Shown here: piece by piece, positions 46,098 through 56,027 of the stretch | Position numbering within the stretch: the stretch's first letter is position 1 | Layout: each line of letters opens with the position of its first letter | Source: Bacillales bacterium UBA1624 | GTDB lineage: Bacteria; Bacillota_I; Bacilli_A; RFN20; CAG-826 | Length of the DNA stretch: 64,000 nt | NCBI GenBank assembly: GCA_002321395.1 | Contig: DCMK01000077.1 | Span: 19,598-83,597, forward strand | Reading direction: 5' to 3' | The notes under the pieces: model-generated | What the model was told of the DNA's origin: nothing | The model's input: only the letters and a program-made list of their open reading frames with translations | Database searches by the model: none | Position numbers and translations under genes: made by a program

Positions 46098-47267
46098 ATG
46101 GAAGAAAAAATCCTCTTCACCAGCGAATCGGTGTCCGAAGGGCACCCCGACAAAGTCTGCGACCAAATCGCCGACGCCATCCTTGACGCTTGCCTTGCCC
46201 AGGATAGTCGCTCCCACGTCGCCTGCGAGGTCTTTGCGACGAAGGAATTCATCCTCATCGGAGGGGAAATCACCACAAAGGCCAAAGTCGATTACGCTCA
46301 AATCGCTCGCGGCGTTCTGAAGGACATCGGTTATACCGATGCCAAGCTGGGAATCGGCTGCGATTCTTGTCAAATCAAAGTCCTGGTCAACACCCAATCC
46401 CCCGATATTGAAATGGGCGTCGACCGCGGCGATCCTTTGCAGCAAGGGGCTGGGGATCAAGGCATCATGTTCGGCTATGCGACCAATGAAACCGCGGGAT
46501 ACATGCCCCTTCCGATCTCCATCGCGCATAAGCTCGTCCGCGTCGCGACCTCGCTGCGCAAGGAAGGGAAGTTCCCCCATGCCCGGCCGGACATGAAAAG
46601 CCAAGTCACCATCGACTATACCGATCCCGATGCGCCGCGGATCGACACGGTCCTTATGTCCATCCAGCATGATGAGGATGCCGACATGGACGCCTTCAAA
46701 GCCTTCGTCCACGATCGGATCATGGTCCCGGTCGCGGAAAGCTTTGGGCTGAACTCCGATTTCCGCACGCTCATCAATCCGACCGGCCGCTTCGTCACCG
46801 GCGGCCCCGCGGGGGATACGGGCCTGACCGGGAGGAAGCTCATCGTCGACACCTATGGGGGAAGCGCCCGCCACGGCGGGGGAGCTTTCTCGGGGAAGGA
46901 CCCCTCCAAAGTCGATCGGTCCGCTTCCTATTATGCCCGCTACATCGCCAAGAACCTCGTCGCCGCCGGCGCCGCCGACCGCCTTGAAATCCAGCTTAGC
47001 TATGCCATTGGCGTTCCCGAGCCGATTTCCGTCGGCCTTTCCACTTTCGGCACCAAGCACGTGGAGGATGGGAAGATCCTCGAAGCGGTCCGCAGGTTCT
47101 TCGACGCCCGCCCCGGGGCCATCATTGCTCAGTTCGGCATGACGAAGCCCAATTTCCGTTACCGCGACATCTCCAATTACGGCTGTTATGGCCGCCCCGA
47201 CCTCGATTTGCCTTGGGAGAGGCTCGACAAAGTCGATGAGCTGAAGGCCTTCCTCTTTCAAAAGTGA
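46098..47267 (+). CDS. metK: S-adenosylmethionine synthase
   Basis: FTSESVSEGHPDKVCDQI, GAGDQG and GGGAFSGKD signatures; 389 aa. Confidence 0.96.
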   Translation: MEEKILFTSESVSEGHPDKVCDQIADAILDACLAQDSRSHVACEVFATKEFILIGGEITTKAKVDYAQIARGVLKDIGYTDAKLGIGCDSCQIKVLVNTQSPDIEMGVDRGDPLQQGAGDQGIMFGYATNETAGYMPLPISIAHKLVRVATSLRKEGKFPHARPDMKSQVTIDYTDPDAPRIDTVLMSIQHDEDADMDAFKAFVHDRIMVPVAESFGLNSDFRTLINPTGRFVTGGPAGDTGLTGRKLIVDTYGGSARHGGGAFSGKDPSKVDRSASYYARYIAKNLVAAGAADRLEIQLSYAIGVPEPISVGLSTFGTKHVEDGKILEAVRRFFDARPGAIIAQFGMTKPNFRYRDISNYGCYGRPDLDLPWERLDKVDELKAFLFQK

Positions 47268-47408
47268 AACGTTGGGATATTTCTTGACAAAAAAGTGGTT
47301 TTCTGCGTGGAAAAACACTTTTTAAAAACTTTGTTGTAAGGGCTTTCAAACTTCTGTTTTTCGCCTACAATAAAATCGTAAAAACCCTTTAGGAGGGGGA
47401 AGAAATCT

Positions 47409-47960
47409 ATGAAATTTCAGATTGTCGGGAAAAACATCGAGGTCACCGATTCCATTCGGGCCGAAATCGAGAAAAAGCTCTCGAGGATGAACAAATATTT
47501 CGTGATTGATGATTCGGTCCTTTGCCGCGCGGTCGTCCGTTCCTATCACGTCGGGGCAAAAGTCGAGATCACCATCTTCACCAAGGAGATGACTTTCCGC
47601 ACCGAAGTCCGGAACCCCGATCTCTACGCCGCCGTCGATTTGGCCATCGATAAGCTCGAAGGTCAAATGAGGAAGCTCAAGACGCGCATGGACCGGACTA
47701 AGGAAACCGCCTCTTTGGGCAAGGCCATTGCCCTGGAGAACATCGAAGAGGAGCAAGAGCAGGAGGAGGCGGAGGAAGTCGTCCGCACCAAATCCATCTA
47801 CCTCGAGCCGATGCCGATGGAGGAAGCCATCACCCGCATGGAGGCCCTCGGCCATTCTTTCTTCCTCTATTTCGACGAAGACGACAACCGGCTTTGCGTC
47901 GCCTATAAACGCGATGAGGGCGGCTATGGCGTCATCGAGGCCGAAAACAAACTCGCCTGA
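47409..47960 (+). CDS. hpf: Ribosome hibernation promoting factor (long HPF)
   Basis: N-terminal YfiA-like domain (MKFQIVGKNIEVTDSIR), an acidic linker, and a C-terminal dimerisation domain. Confidence 0.9.
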   Translation: MKFQIVGKNIEVTDSIRAEIEKKLSRMNKYFVIDDSVLCRAVVRSYHVGAKVEITIFTKEMTFRTEVRNPDLYAAVDLAIDKLEGQMRKLKTRMDRTKETASLGKAIALENIEEEQEQEEAEEVVRTKSIYLEPMPMEEAITRMEALGHSFFLYFDEDDNRLCVAYKRDEGGYGVIEAENKLA

Positions 47961-47981
47961 AAATCCTTCAATGCCGAATCA

Positions 47982-48007
47982 AAGCCCCTTCGCCAAAGGG
48001 GTTTTTT
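47982..48007 (+). terminator. rho-independent terminator after hpf
   Basis: CCCCTTcgccaAAGGGG then TTTTTTC. Confidence 0.5.
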
Positions 48008-48052
48008 CAACTTAAAAGTGACCTGCGAAGCGGAAAAGGCTAGAATTGCCCC

Positions 48053-48925
48053 ATGGATTTTTCCAAGCGAGTGATTGCAACGGATTTGGACGGGACCCTT
48101 TTCTACCCCAAGCGCATCTTTTCGATGTTCACTCGCGACAACAAACGCTTTCTGCGCCGCTTCATCGAAGACGGGGGAAGGCTCGTCGTGGTCACCTCCC
48201 GCGGCTTGCCTTTCATGCACAAAATCCCGAAGATGCTCGGCGCCCCCTGTGATTTTATTTGCTGCAATGGGGCGATCGTCTCCGTCGATGGGAAGATCGA
48301 AAAGCGGCAGCCCTTCGATCCCAAGAAGTTCAAATCGCTCGTCGATGACCTCAGAAGCCGTTACAACCCCAGCCTTTTCCTGCTAAACACCTCCCAAAGG
48401 GGGACGGTGATGACGAAGAGCTTCACTGGACTTTTCGCCCGCTTTTTCTATTGGTTCTATGAAGCGGTTCAAGGGGTCTACCGCGAGAAGACCGTCTGCG
48501 ACGACCATGTTTTCTATGACGAGATCGAGAAAGGGGAGGGGTTCAAGATGATGTTCTTCGTCGGAGCCACCAAAACGAAGAAACTCTTCGCTGAACGCCT
48601 GACCGCCAAACTCAATGAGGAATACCCCGATTTCAACTTTTCCTGGGTCGAGCAGTTCATCGAAGTGGCCCCAAAAGGATGCACGAAAGCCGAAGGCGTA
48701 GCCTTCTATCTTGCAAAATGCGCGATTCCTAAGGATAATGTCATGGTTGTTGGCGATTCCGGCAATGACATTCCCATGTTCGATGCGTTCCACGCGAATA
48801 GCTACTGCATGGATCATAGCCCCACATCCGTCAAAACCCACGCCGCCCATGTCATCGCAAGGGTGAGCGATTTGGAAAAAGTGCTATACCCATCGGAGGG
48901 TAGCACGCCCCGAAAGGAAATTTGA
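48053..48925 (+). CDS. Cof-type HAD-IIB hydrolase
   Basis: IATDLDGTL motif I, GDSGND motif IV. Confidence 0.75.
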   Translation: MDFSKRVIATDLDGTLFYPKRIFSMFTRDNKRFLRRFIEDGGRLVVVTSRGLPFMHKIPKMLGAPCDFICCNGAIVSVDGKIEKRQPFDPKKFKSLVDDLRSRYNPSLFLLNTSQRGTVMTKSFTGLFARFFYWFYEAVQGVYREKTVCDDHVFYDEIEKGEGFKMMFFVGATKTKKLFAERLTAKLNEEYPDFNFSWVEQFIEVAPKGCTKAEGVAFYLAKCAIPKDNVMVVGDSGNDIPMFDAFHANSYCMDHSPTSVKTHAAHVIARVSDLEKVLYPSEGSTPRKEI

Positions 48926-48931
48926 GAAGAC

Positions 48932-49804
48932 ATGAATCAAGTCAGCGAAGTCGTTACCACGCTTGAACACTACAACGTGGCCGTCAGGGACACCCTTGAG
49001 TATTGCATCGTCAAGGAAAAGTACGATCCCAAGCTTTATCAGGAGAAGAAGCGGTCCATTTTGATCGAGGTCGATCAGCATACTCCTTTGAAGGACATCA
49101 TCGATCACTCCGGCGAGAACGGAGAGAAGCTCGAAAAAGCGATCCGCGATTTCTACGCCGACGTCTATGGCGATGAATCCACGATCCTCAAGCTCGCCGA
49201 TGACGGCCTCCGGGTCGACCACAACCAGCACATGGCCATTTATCGCCACGTCCTGCCAATCCACGAAAACGTCAACAACATGATCCTCGGCGTTTTGCAG
49301 AACGCCCACCAGAACAACCTCGACGTCGCCGACGTGGAGAAGCTCCATAACGCCGACGAAGCGATGTATCGCGGCGTCGCCTATATGGCTTTGGTCAACG
49401 ACCTCTGCCGCCTGTTCAATGAGTATAACCAAGCTCGCAACGAGGCCAAAGGCGCAGAAACCCCGGCTTCCAAATTCATCGGCAACGACATCTCCGCGGT
49501 CATCCAGAACATCAATTTCGTCCGCGGCAACGCCAAGATCACCAACGCCGTCTATAAGAACATGGAAGACAAGATCGTCGAGTTGATGGAGAACATGACC
49601 GGTCGCCGCGATTTGCCGATCGGCAAAAAGTTCCCGGATGTCATGCGCGAGACCATCGAGACTATCAACCTCTACGTCCGTGACACCGAAGCGACCTTCC
49701 GCTCTCTCTACGTTCCGACCATCAACGCCCTCATCGAACAGGTGAAGGCCGATGATGCCAAACGTCAGGAAGAGGCCAAGGCCCAAGAAGAGAAGAAAGC
49801 CTGA
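48932..49804 (+). CDS. Hypothetical protein (predicted all-alpha, no recognised family)
   Basis: 290 aa with balanced composition; the complementary-strand ORF is compositionally junk. Confidence 0.55.
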   Translation: MNQVSEVVTTLEHYNVAVRDTLEYCIVKEKYDPKLYQEKKRSILIEVDQHTPLKDIIDHSGENGEKLEKAIRDFYADVYGDESTILKLADDGLRVDHNQHMAIYRHVLPIHENVNNMILGVLQNAHQNNLDVADVEKLHNADEAMYRGVAYMALVNDLCRLFNEYNQARNEAKGAETPASKFIGNDISAVIQNINFVRGNAKITNAVYKNMEDKIVELMENMTGRRDLPIGKKFPDVMRETIETINLYVRDTEATFRSLYVPTINALIEQVKADDAKRQEEAKAQEEKKA

Positions 49805-49806
49805 GT

Positions 49807-50154
49807 ATGAAAGAGAAAAAGACCACAAAGCTTAGCGTCAAAGAGACGGTTTGGTATTGCATCGCCGCCTTCTTCGGCTTGGTCGGATTGGTCTTCCTCG
49901 TCCTGGGGATCGTGGGAGAACACCTCCCCGTCCTCTCCAGTGAGAACGGCATCCTCCTTTCCGAGAAGGCATGGCTCACCAACTGGTCGCCGCTTGGCTA
50001 CCGCTATTGGGGGATCATCCTCATCCTCGCCGCGGCTTTGCTTGCGGTGATTTGCCTCAGCCTCTTCGCCCGTGAAGGCGACCGCGACGTTGAGCGCGCG
50101 ATGCGTCGCGCCCAGCGTTTGGGCATTTCTCAAGACGAAAGCCAAAGCAAATAA
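49807..50154 (+). CDS. Small membrane protein (2 TM), unknown
   Basis: 115 aa; two hydrophobic helices plus a charged C-terminal tail; separated from the upstream hypothetical gene by only the 2 nt after its stop codon. Confidence 0.5.
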   Translation: MKEKKTTKLSVKETVWYCIAAFFGLVGLVFLVLGIVGEHLPVLSSENGILLSEKAWLTNWSPLGYRYWGIILILAAALLAVICLSLFAREGDRDVERAMRRAQRLGISQDESQSK

Positions 50155-50166
50155 CGACGATAGAAG

Positions 50167-50192
50167 CGAAGCGGGCGGGGGCCCGCTTTTTT
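50167..50192 (+). terminator. rho-independent terminator
   Basis: AGCGGGCGGGGGCCCGCT then TTTTTTC. Confidence 0.6.
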
Positions 50193-50251
50193 CTTTCCGA
50201 CCCGTCCGACCATGAAAAAAGCCAAGCCTTCCGGCTTGGCAGATTGCCACA

Positions 50252-50342
50252 TGGCGGAGGAATAGGGATTCGAACCCTAGCTCCCGGTTAAGAGACTACG
50301 AGCTTTCCAAGCCCGCCCCTTCGACCACTTGGGTATTCCTCC
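50252..50342 (-). tRNA. tRNA-Ser (anticodon GGA)
   Basis: GGAGGAATACCCAAGTGGTCGAAGGGG 5' half; anticodon loop TTGGAAA; long variable arm; encoded CCA; 91 nt. Confidence 0.85.
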
Positions 50343-50368
50343 ACATTGATTGAAATGCGGCAAGAAGG

Positions 50369-50397
50369 ATTATAGAGGGGCTTCTATCCTTTTTCAA
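50369..50397 (-). promoter_or_regulatory. Consensus sigma-A promoter for tRNA-Ser (TTGAAA-17-TATAAT)
   Basis: On the minus strand; the -10 ends about 26 nt upstream of the tRNA 5' end. Confidence 0.5.
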
Positions 50398-50533
50398 TTC
50401 CTTTTTTCTTTCGCAGACGTTTCAGCGAAAAGGGCGCTTCCTTCGTCGCTTCGAGCCGCCTCTTCGATCATCTTGCGGGCTTTTCTTTGGGAAACGGAAG
50501 CGTCTTGCCCTCACCGGAACTATAATGCCATCG

Positions 50534-51925
50534 ATGAAAACCGACTCGACTCGACAGCTGGAAGAAGGAAAGGTTTGGCCCCTTGTATTCAAGCTGATCG
50601 TCCCAGCCGTGGTGGCTCAGCTGATTTCCTTTCTCTATAACGCGGTTGACCGCGTCTTCGTGTCCAATATCCCCGAAGTCGGGATGGAGGCGTTGGCCGC
50701 TTTGGGGATCGTTTTGCCGATCGCCATCGTCCTCCAGGCTTTCGCCAACCTCGTCGGATTGGGCGGAGCCCCTCGGGCCAGTATGAAGCTGGGCGAGTCG
50801 AAGAAGGAAGAAGCCAATCGGATTTTCAATAACGCTTTCGTGCTTCTTTTGATATTCGGGGTCGCTTTGGCGGCTTTGTGCTTCTTTTTGGCTCGCCCCT
50901 TCGTGATTGCCTTCGGTTGCCCGGAGGCTTCCGTTGAACTTGCCGCGTCCTATTTGAAAGCCTATTCCGCCGGGATTTTGTTCATGATGGTGGGGCAAGG
51001 GCTCAATTCCTTCATCACCGCCCAAGGGAAATCCTTCCTCGCGATGATCTCGATTCTGATCGGAGCGGTTTTGAACATCGGCCTGGACCCTTTGTTCATC
51101 TACGTATTGAATCTAGGCGTCGCCGGGGCGGCTTGGGCCACGGTAATTTCCCAATTCGTCTCCTTCGTCTGGATCGTTTCGACCTTCTTCCGCAAAAGCA
51201 GCCAGTTCCGCTTTTCCTTTAAAGACATGGCTCCCAACGGGAAGGCGATCGGCAGCATCTTTTCCTTGGGTCTTTCCCCGTTCATCATGACGGCCACGGA
51301 ATGTCTGATCCAAATCGTATTCAACGTAAATTTGAATTGGGCCAGCGGGGGCAACAAGGATTACACCGCCGCCATGACCATCATGCTGAGCGCCCTGCAG
51401 CTGATTTCTTTGCCACTCAACGGCATGGGCTATGGCATGCAGCCCTTCGTCAGCTATAACTATGGGAAGGGGAACGCGAAAAGGCTGAAAGAAGGCATTC
51501 GGGACGTGACGATCCTTGCCTTCTGCTACGTTCTGCTCACGTGGTCGCTTTCCCTCTTTTTCCCGCAAATCTACGCGGTCATCTTTTCCGCCAGCCCGGA
51601 GGTAGCCGCTTTGGTGAAGGCCTATGCCCCCTTCTTTTTGATGGGGTCGATCATGTTTTTCGTCCAAATGACCCTTCAAAACGTCAATGTGGCATTGGGT
51701 CAGGCGAAGAGTTCCCTGTTTTTGGCCGTTTTCCGGAAAGTCATCGTATTGATCCCCCTTTGCTTCCTTTTAGGGCATTTCCTTGGTTGCTATGGCGTTT
51801 ACCTTTCTGAGGGGATTGCCGATTTCCTCGCCGGGGCCGTGACGACGGTCACTTTCATCATCACGTTCCCAAAAATCATGGAAAAAAGGGAAAAAGAGAT
51901 CGAAGAAAGCTCTTCCCAACAATAA
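50534..51925 (+). CDS. MATE family efflux transporter
   Basis: 12 predicted TM helices; MATE-like repeats; a TATAAT at 50521-50526 places the ATG at about +1 (leaderless candidate; the alternative ATG at 50525 lies inside the -10). Confidence 0.82.
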   Translation: MKTDSTRQLEEGKVWPLVFKLIVPAVVAQLISFLYNAVDRVFVSNIPEVGMEALAALGIVLPIAIVLQAFANLVGLGGAPRASMKLGESKKEEANRIFNNAFVLLLIFGVALAALCFFLARPFVIAFGCPEASVELAASYLKAYSAGILFMMVGQGLNSFITAQGKSFLAMISILIGAVLNIGLDPLFIYVLNLGVAGAAWATVISQFVSFVWIVSTFFRKSSQFRFSFKDMAPNGKAIGSIFSLGLSPFIMTATECLIQIVFNVNLNWASGGNKDYTAAMTIMLSALQLISLPLNGMGYGMQPFVSYNYGKGNAKRLKEGIRDVTILAFCYVLLTWSLSLFFPQIYAVIFSASPEVAALVKAYAPFFLMGSIMFFVQMTLQNVNVALGQAKSSLFLAVFRKVIVLIPLCFLLGHFLGCYGVYLSEGIADFLAGAVTTVTFIITFPKIMEKREKEIEESSSQQ

Positions 51926-51956
51926 CGGCCCCGATTTTCCTCTATAATTCCCTGCG

Positions 51957-52925
51957 ATGAAAGAAGTAGTGATCAACGGCAGCAACGCCGGGCAAAAAGC
52001 CGAGAAATTCGTGAAGAAATACCTCCCGGAGGCGCCTTTGGGCTTCATATACAAAGCCTTCCGGAAAAAAGACATCAAGGCCAACGGCCATTGGATCAAA
52101 AAGGATTACATCCTGCAAAGCGGGGATGTGCTCCGCATCTACGTGACCGATGCGCAGCTGGAAGACTTCAAAAAGCCGCGTCCAGCGCAGAAAAAGCCCT
52201 TCCCTTATCCAATCCTTTACGAAGACCCCAATGTTTTGATCGTCTCCAAACCGAAAGGCCTTTTGGTCTATGGCGACAAAACCGGCGTGAGGGAAACCTT
52301 GGGGAACGCGGTGCTCGATTACCTTTATTACGAAGGCGAATTCGACCCCGAGGACAACAGCTTCATCCCTTCTCCGGCCCATCGCTTGGACCGCAACACC
52401 TCCGGTATCGTCGTCTACGGGAAAACCGACGCCGGGCTGAAAGCGTTGACGGATTTGTTCAAGACGCGCGTGGGCATATCGAAGCGTTACCTAGCCCTCG
52501 TGCTTGGCGATCTAGAAGGGGAGGGGGAAATCGATAAGCCCCTGAAGAAAGACGAATTCTCCGGCAGGGTTTCCATCGCCCCGATCTCCCAAGGAGGGAA
52601 AACCGCGTTGACGCGCTACAAAGCTTTGGAGCGAGCGGGCGAATACACCCTCGTCGAATGCGAACTCGTCACGGGCAGGACCCATCAAATCCGAGTCCAC
52701 CTCGCCTCCATCGGCCACCCGATTGTTGGGGATGAGAAGTACGGTGATTTCCAGGATTGCCGGAAAATGAAAAAACTCCACGGCTTGGAAAACCAATTCC
52801 TACACGCTTACAAATTGGGCTTTGGCCAGCTGAGCGGAATCCTTTCCCCTTTGAGCGGAAAGGAGTTCGTCTGCCCTCTTCCGAAGGACGAATCCGATTT
52901 GATTGCCAGTTTAAAGTCAGAATAA
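51957..52925 (+). CDS. RluA-family 23S rRNA pseudouridine synthase (RluD/RluC-like)
   Basis: N-terminal S4-like region and the HRLDRNTSG catalytic motif. Confidence 0.85.
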   Translation: MKEVVINGSNAGQKAEKFVKKYLPEAPLGFIYKAFRKKDIKANGHWIKKDYILQSGDVLRIYVTDAQLEDFKKPRPAQKKPFPYPILYEDPNVLIVSKPKGLLVYGDKTGVRETLGNAVLDYLYYEGEFDPEDNSFIPSPAHRLDRNTSGIVVYGKTDAGLKALTDLFKTRVGISKRYLALVLGDLEGEGEIDKPLKKDEFSGRVSIAPISQGGKTALTRYKALERAGEYTLVECELVTGRTHQIRVHLASIGHPIVGDEKYGDFQDCRKMKKLHGLENQFLHAYKLGFGQLSGILSPLSGKEFVCPLPKDESDLIASLKSE

Positions 52926-52949
52926 TAGACTATCGCCGGAGGATGGAAT

Positions 52950-54662
52950 ATGGACATTGAAAAGACCTATCGCGAGTGGTTGAATTCCCCCTTGCTCAAC
53001 CCCCAGGAGAAGGAAGCCCTTTCGCAAATGAACCAAGAAGAAAAGGAGGATGCCTTCTTTCAGGAAGCTCCTTTTGGGACCGGCGGCATGCGCGGGAAGC
53101 TTGGCGTCGGTCTGAACCGACTGAATCGCTTCACGGTTGGAAAAGCAGCATACGGATTCGGCCTTTTCATTCAGGAAATCGTGGAAGACAGCTCAAAGAA
53201 AGGCGTGGCAATCAGCCACGACAACCGCCTCCATTCGCGGGAATTCGCCTTGCTTTGCTCCTCAATCCTTAATGATTTGGGCATTGCGACCTACGTTTTC
53301 GATTCCCTTCGCCCGGTCCCGGAGCTCAGCTTCGCGGTGCGCTATCTCCGCTGCGCCGGCGGGATCATGATCACCGCCTCCCACAATCCCAAAGAATACA
53401 ACGGCTTCAAGGCCTACGATTCGACGGGATGCCAACTCACCCCCGATTCGATCGCGCCTTTATTGAAAATCCTTTCCGAACTTGGCGATCCCCTTTCCTT
53501 GCAGAAGAAGGTCTGCCAGGCGAAAGGCTTGCAGACGATCATCGGCAAGGAAGTCGATGACGAGTACTGCAAACGGGTGGAGGCCATCCAATGCCATCCG
53601 GAGCTCGATAAAAAAGGCTTCAAAGTCGTTTACTCCCCCCAGCACGGGGCCAGCTATGAGAATGCGATGCGCATTTTCTCCGAGCTTGGCTATGAGATCA
53701 TCCCCGTGAAGGAGCAATGCGTCCACGACCCCAATTTCGGCGCCACAAAATCCCCGAACCCAGAAATCCCGGAAGCGTGGGAACTCAGTTTGGAATACGC
53801 GAAGAGGTACCATGCCGATTTGGCCGTCATGACCGATCCGGATGGGGATCGCTGCGGGCTGGCTTTCCTTTCTTCCAAGGGGGTTTACGAACGCCTGACC
53901 GGGAACCAATCCGGGGCATTGCTGATCGACTATATTCTCTCCTCCAAAAAAGAGGCTGGCACCTTGCCAAAAGATGGGGTGATCTACGACACGATCGTCA
54001 CTTCCACCCAAGGGAGGGAAGTCGCCGCTTCCTATGGCGTCAAAACCGAATCGTTTTTGACTGGGTTCAAGTACATCGGCGAAAGGATCGGCTATTACGA
54101 GAAGCTTGGCCATGGCCCGAAGTTCCTGTTTGGGTATGAGGAATCCTATGGATGCCTCATTTCCCCTTTCGTCCGCGACAAGGATGGGATTCAGGCGATT
54201 CTGCTTTATACCGAGATGGCCCTTTACTATAAGAGAAAGGGCTTGCGTTTGGATGAAGCGTATCTGAATTTGCAGGAACGCCTCGGCTTCCATGACGCCT
54301 CCACTATCAGCGTATATTTCGAAGGGTTGAGCGGGCATGAGAGAATGGCCAAAATCATGGCGGGCCTCCGCAGCGCGCCGCTTCATGAAATCGGTGGGAT
54401 TTCAATCAAAGAAACCCGCGATTTCCTCCTCGGCCTCGCCACGGAAAAGGACGGGAGGAAAAAGCAAATGGCCAAGCTCCCCTCTTCGGATGTGGTGCAA
54501 TACGCTTTGGACGATTCCTCCACCGTCACGATCCGCCCGAGCGGGACCGAGCCGAAGATGAAGTTTTACATCGAGGCCGTAAGCCCGGACCAAAAGGGCT
54601 TGGAAGGGAAAACCGCTTCCCTTTGGAAGTCCCTGAAGTCGCAGCTGAAGCTCCCGGACTAA
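52950..54662 (+). CDS. pgcA: Phosphoglucomutase / phosphomannomutase (alpha-D-phosphohexomutase)
   Basis: TASHNPKEYNGFK active-site serine loop, DPDGDR metal loop, GYEESYG sugar loop. Confidence 0.9.
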   Translation: MDIEKTYREWLNSPLLNPQEKEALSQMNQEEKEDAFFQEAPFGTGGMRGKLGVGLNRLNRFTVGKAAYGFGLFIQEIVEDSSKKGVAISHDNRLHSREFALLCSSILNDLGIATYVFDSLRPVPELSFAVRYLRCAGGIMITASHNPKEYNGFKAYDSTGCQLTPDSIAPLLKILSELGDPLSLQKKVCQAKGLQTIIGKEVDDEYCKRVEAIQCHPELDKKGFKVVYSPQHGASYENAMRIFSELGYEIIPVKEQCVHDPNFGATKSPNPEIPEAWELSLEYAKRYHADLAVMTDPDGDRCGLAFLSSKGVYERLTGNQSGALLIDYILSSKKEAGTLPKDGVIYDTIVTSTQGREVAASYGVKTESFLTGFKYIGERIGYYEKLGHGPKFLFGYEESYGCLISPFVRDKDGIQAILLYTEMALYYKRKGLRLDEAYLNLQERLGFHDASTISVYFEGLSGHERMAKIMAGLRSAPLHEIGGISIKETRDFLLGLATEKDGRKKQMAKLPSSDVVQYALDDSSTVTIRPSGTEPKMKFYIEAVSPDQKGLEGKTASLWKSLKSQLKLPD

Positions 54663-55456
54663 AAATATTTCTTCAACTCAAAGGCAACCCCGTCTTCGGA
54701 GTTGCCTTTTTCCGTCCTTGGGAAGGAGGAAAGGAGGCGCACCGATTTGGAGTTCTTCATCGCGAAAGGATGGCCGACCCGCGAGAGCATCTCGAAGTCG
54801 TTGTCCGAGTCCCCAAAGGCGAAGGAATCCTCTTTTTTGATCCCCAGCGCATCCATGACGAAGGACAGGGCGTTTCCTTTGCTGACGGAAGGCAAGTGGA
54901 GCTCGAAAAAGGGGGAATCCGTCCAATGACGCCAGGATAGATCGGGATAGGCGGAGAGGATGGAAGAAAAAGCATCGTCATTCCTCGCTTTTTCCTTGAA
55001 CACGACCGAATAGAGATCTTCCCCTTCCGGGCTTAGCTCCCCGTCCTTGATCCTCATCCCCTTCTCAGGAAAGAAAGCGTCCAGCTCATGGAAGGTGTTG
55101 TGGCGGAGAATCTCTTTTTCCCCTTCGGCTTGGTAGCCGTCCAAAAGCGGGGAGAGCGCTTTGCAAACGGAGGCGACTTCAGCCCGGGAGAACACTTGCT
55201 TCAACGCGGGGAAGGAAGGATCGTTAGGGGAAAAAACATGGGCCCCGTTATAGCAAATAAGGGGGCCAAAGCAAGAAAGCTTAGCATATGTTCCCATCAT
55301 GGAGCGGGGCGGCCTCCCCGAAGAAAGGACGAGGATGTGCCCTTGCTTGGACAAGGCGGAGAGGAAGCCGACGGAAAAGCGGGACAGGGAATAGTTCTGC
55401 GAAAGGAGGGTTCCGTCCATGTCGATTGCGATCAGCTTTCTTTTCAAAACAGGCAT
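54659..55456 (-). CDS. Cof-type HAD-IIB hydrolase
   Basis: IAIDMDGTLL motif I, GDSDND motif IV. Confidence 0.75.
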   Translation of the reverse strand: MPVLKRKLIAIDMDGTLLSQNYSLSRFSVGFLSALSKQGHILVLSSGRPPRSMMGTYAKLSCFGPLICYNGAHVFSPNDPSFPALKQVFSRAEVASVCKALSPLLDGYQAEGEKEILRHNTFHELDAFFPEKGMRIKDGELSPEGEDLYSVVFKEKARNDDAFSSILSAYPDLSWRHWTDSPFFELHLPSVSKGNALSFVMDALGIKKEDSFAFGDSDNDFEMLSRVGHPFAMKNSKSVRLLSSFPRTEKGNSEDGVAFELKKYF

Positions 55457-55583
55457 AGGGGCATTTTACTCTTCGTGGTCGGTTTGTCTTCTAAAACCGC
55501 CTTTTTGCTCTTTGACCGCGGAAAAGAAGGCGATGGGCCCTCTTGCCCTTTGTGGGAGGGGAAAAGCCGTCTATACTTTGGTC

Positions 55584-55997
55584 ATGATAAAGATTTACAC
55601 TTCGCCTAGCTGCTCCAGCTGTCGGAAAGTCAAACAGTGGTTCGACGAACAGAAAATCCCCTATGTGGACCGCAACATCTTCGGGGGACTCACGCCGAAT
55701 GAGGTCAAAGACATCATCGTCAAATCGGAAAACGGGACCGACGATATCATTTCGCCCCGTTCGAAAATCGTTCAGGAGAGGGACATCGACTTCGATTCGA
55801 TGACGATTTCCCAGCTCATCGAATTCATTCGCGAAAACCCAAGCGTCCTGAAACGGCCCATCATCGTTGATGACCGCCGCATCCAAGTGGGCTACAATTC
55901 GGAGGAAATCCGAACGTTTATCCCGAGGGCTCGGCGCATGGCGGAAGAGTGGTGCCACGGCTGCCCGAAATTCGACGATTGCGATTGCCACGATTAA
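55584..55997 (+). CDS. spx: Spx/ArsC-family transcriptional regulator with a Cys/His-rich C-terminal tail
   Basis: MIKIYTSPSCSSCRKVKQWFDE (CxxC redox motif) and RPIIVDDRRIQVGYN; the tail is EEWCHGCPKFDDCDCHD. Confidence 0.8.
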   Translation: MIKIYTSPSCSSCRKVKQWFDEQKIPYVDRNIFGGLTPNEVKDIIVKSENGTDDIISPRSKIVQERDIDFDSMTISQLIEFIRENPSVLKRPIIVDDRRIQVGYNSEEIRTFIPRARRMAEEWCHGCPKFDDCDCHD

Positions 55998-56027
55998 AAA
56001 GCTTCGGTTGCCCGAAGCTTTTTTTAT
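55996..56027. terminator. Bidirectional rho-independent terminator between spx and the CYTH gene
   Basis: AAAAAGCTTCGGttgCCCGAAGCTTTTTTT, with T/A runs on both sides. Confidence 0.6.

Noticed and set aside
45888-47318. 476-aa ORF on the minus strand
   Set aside because: Antisense to metK, which is unambiguously the real gene.
50350-50640. 96-aa ORF starting with TTG upstream of and into the MATE gene
   Set aside because: It overlaps the tRNA-Ser promoter region and the MATE start. It has no RBS and a low-complexity translation.
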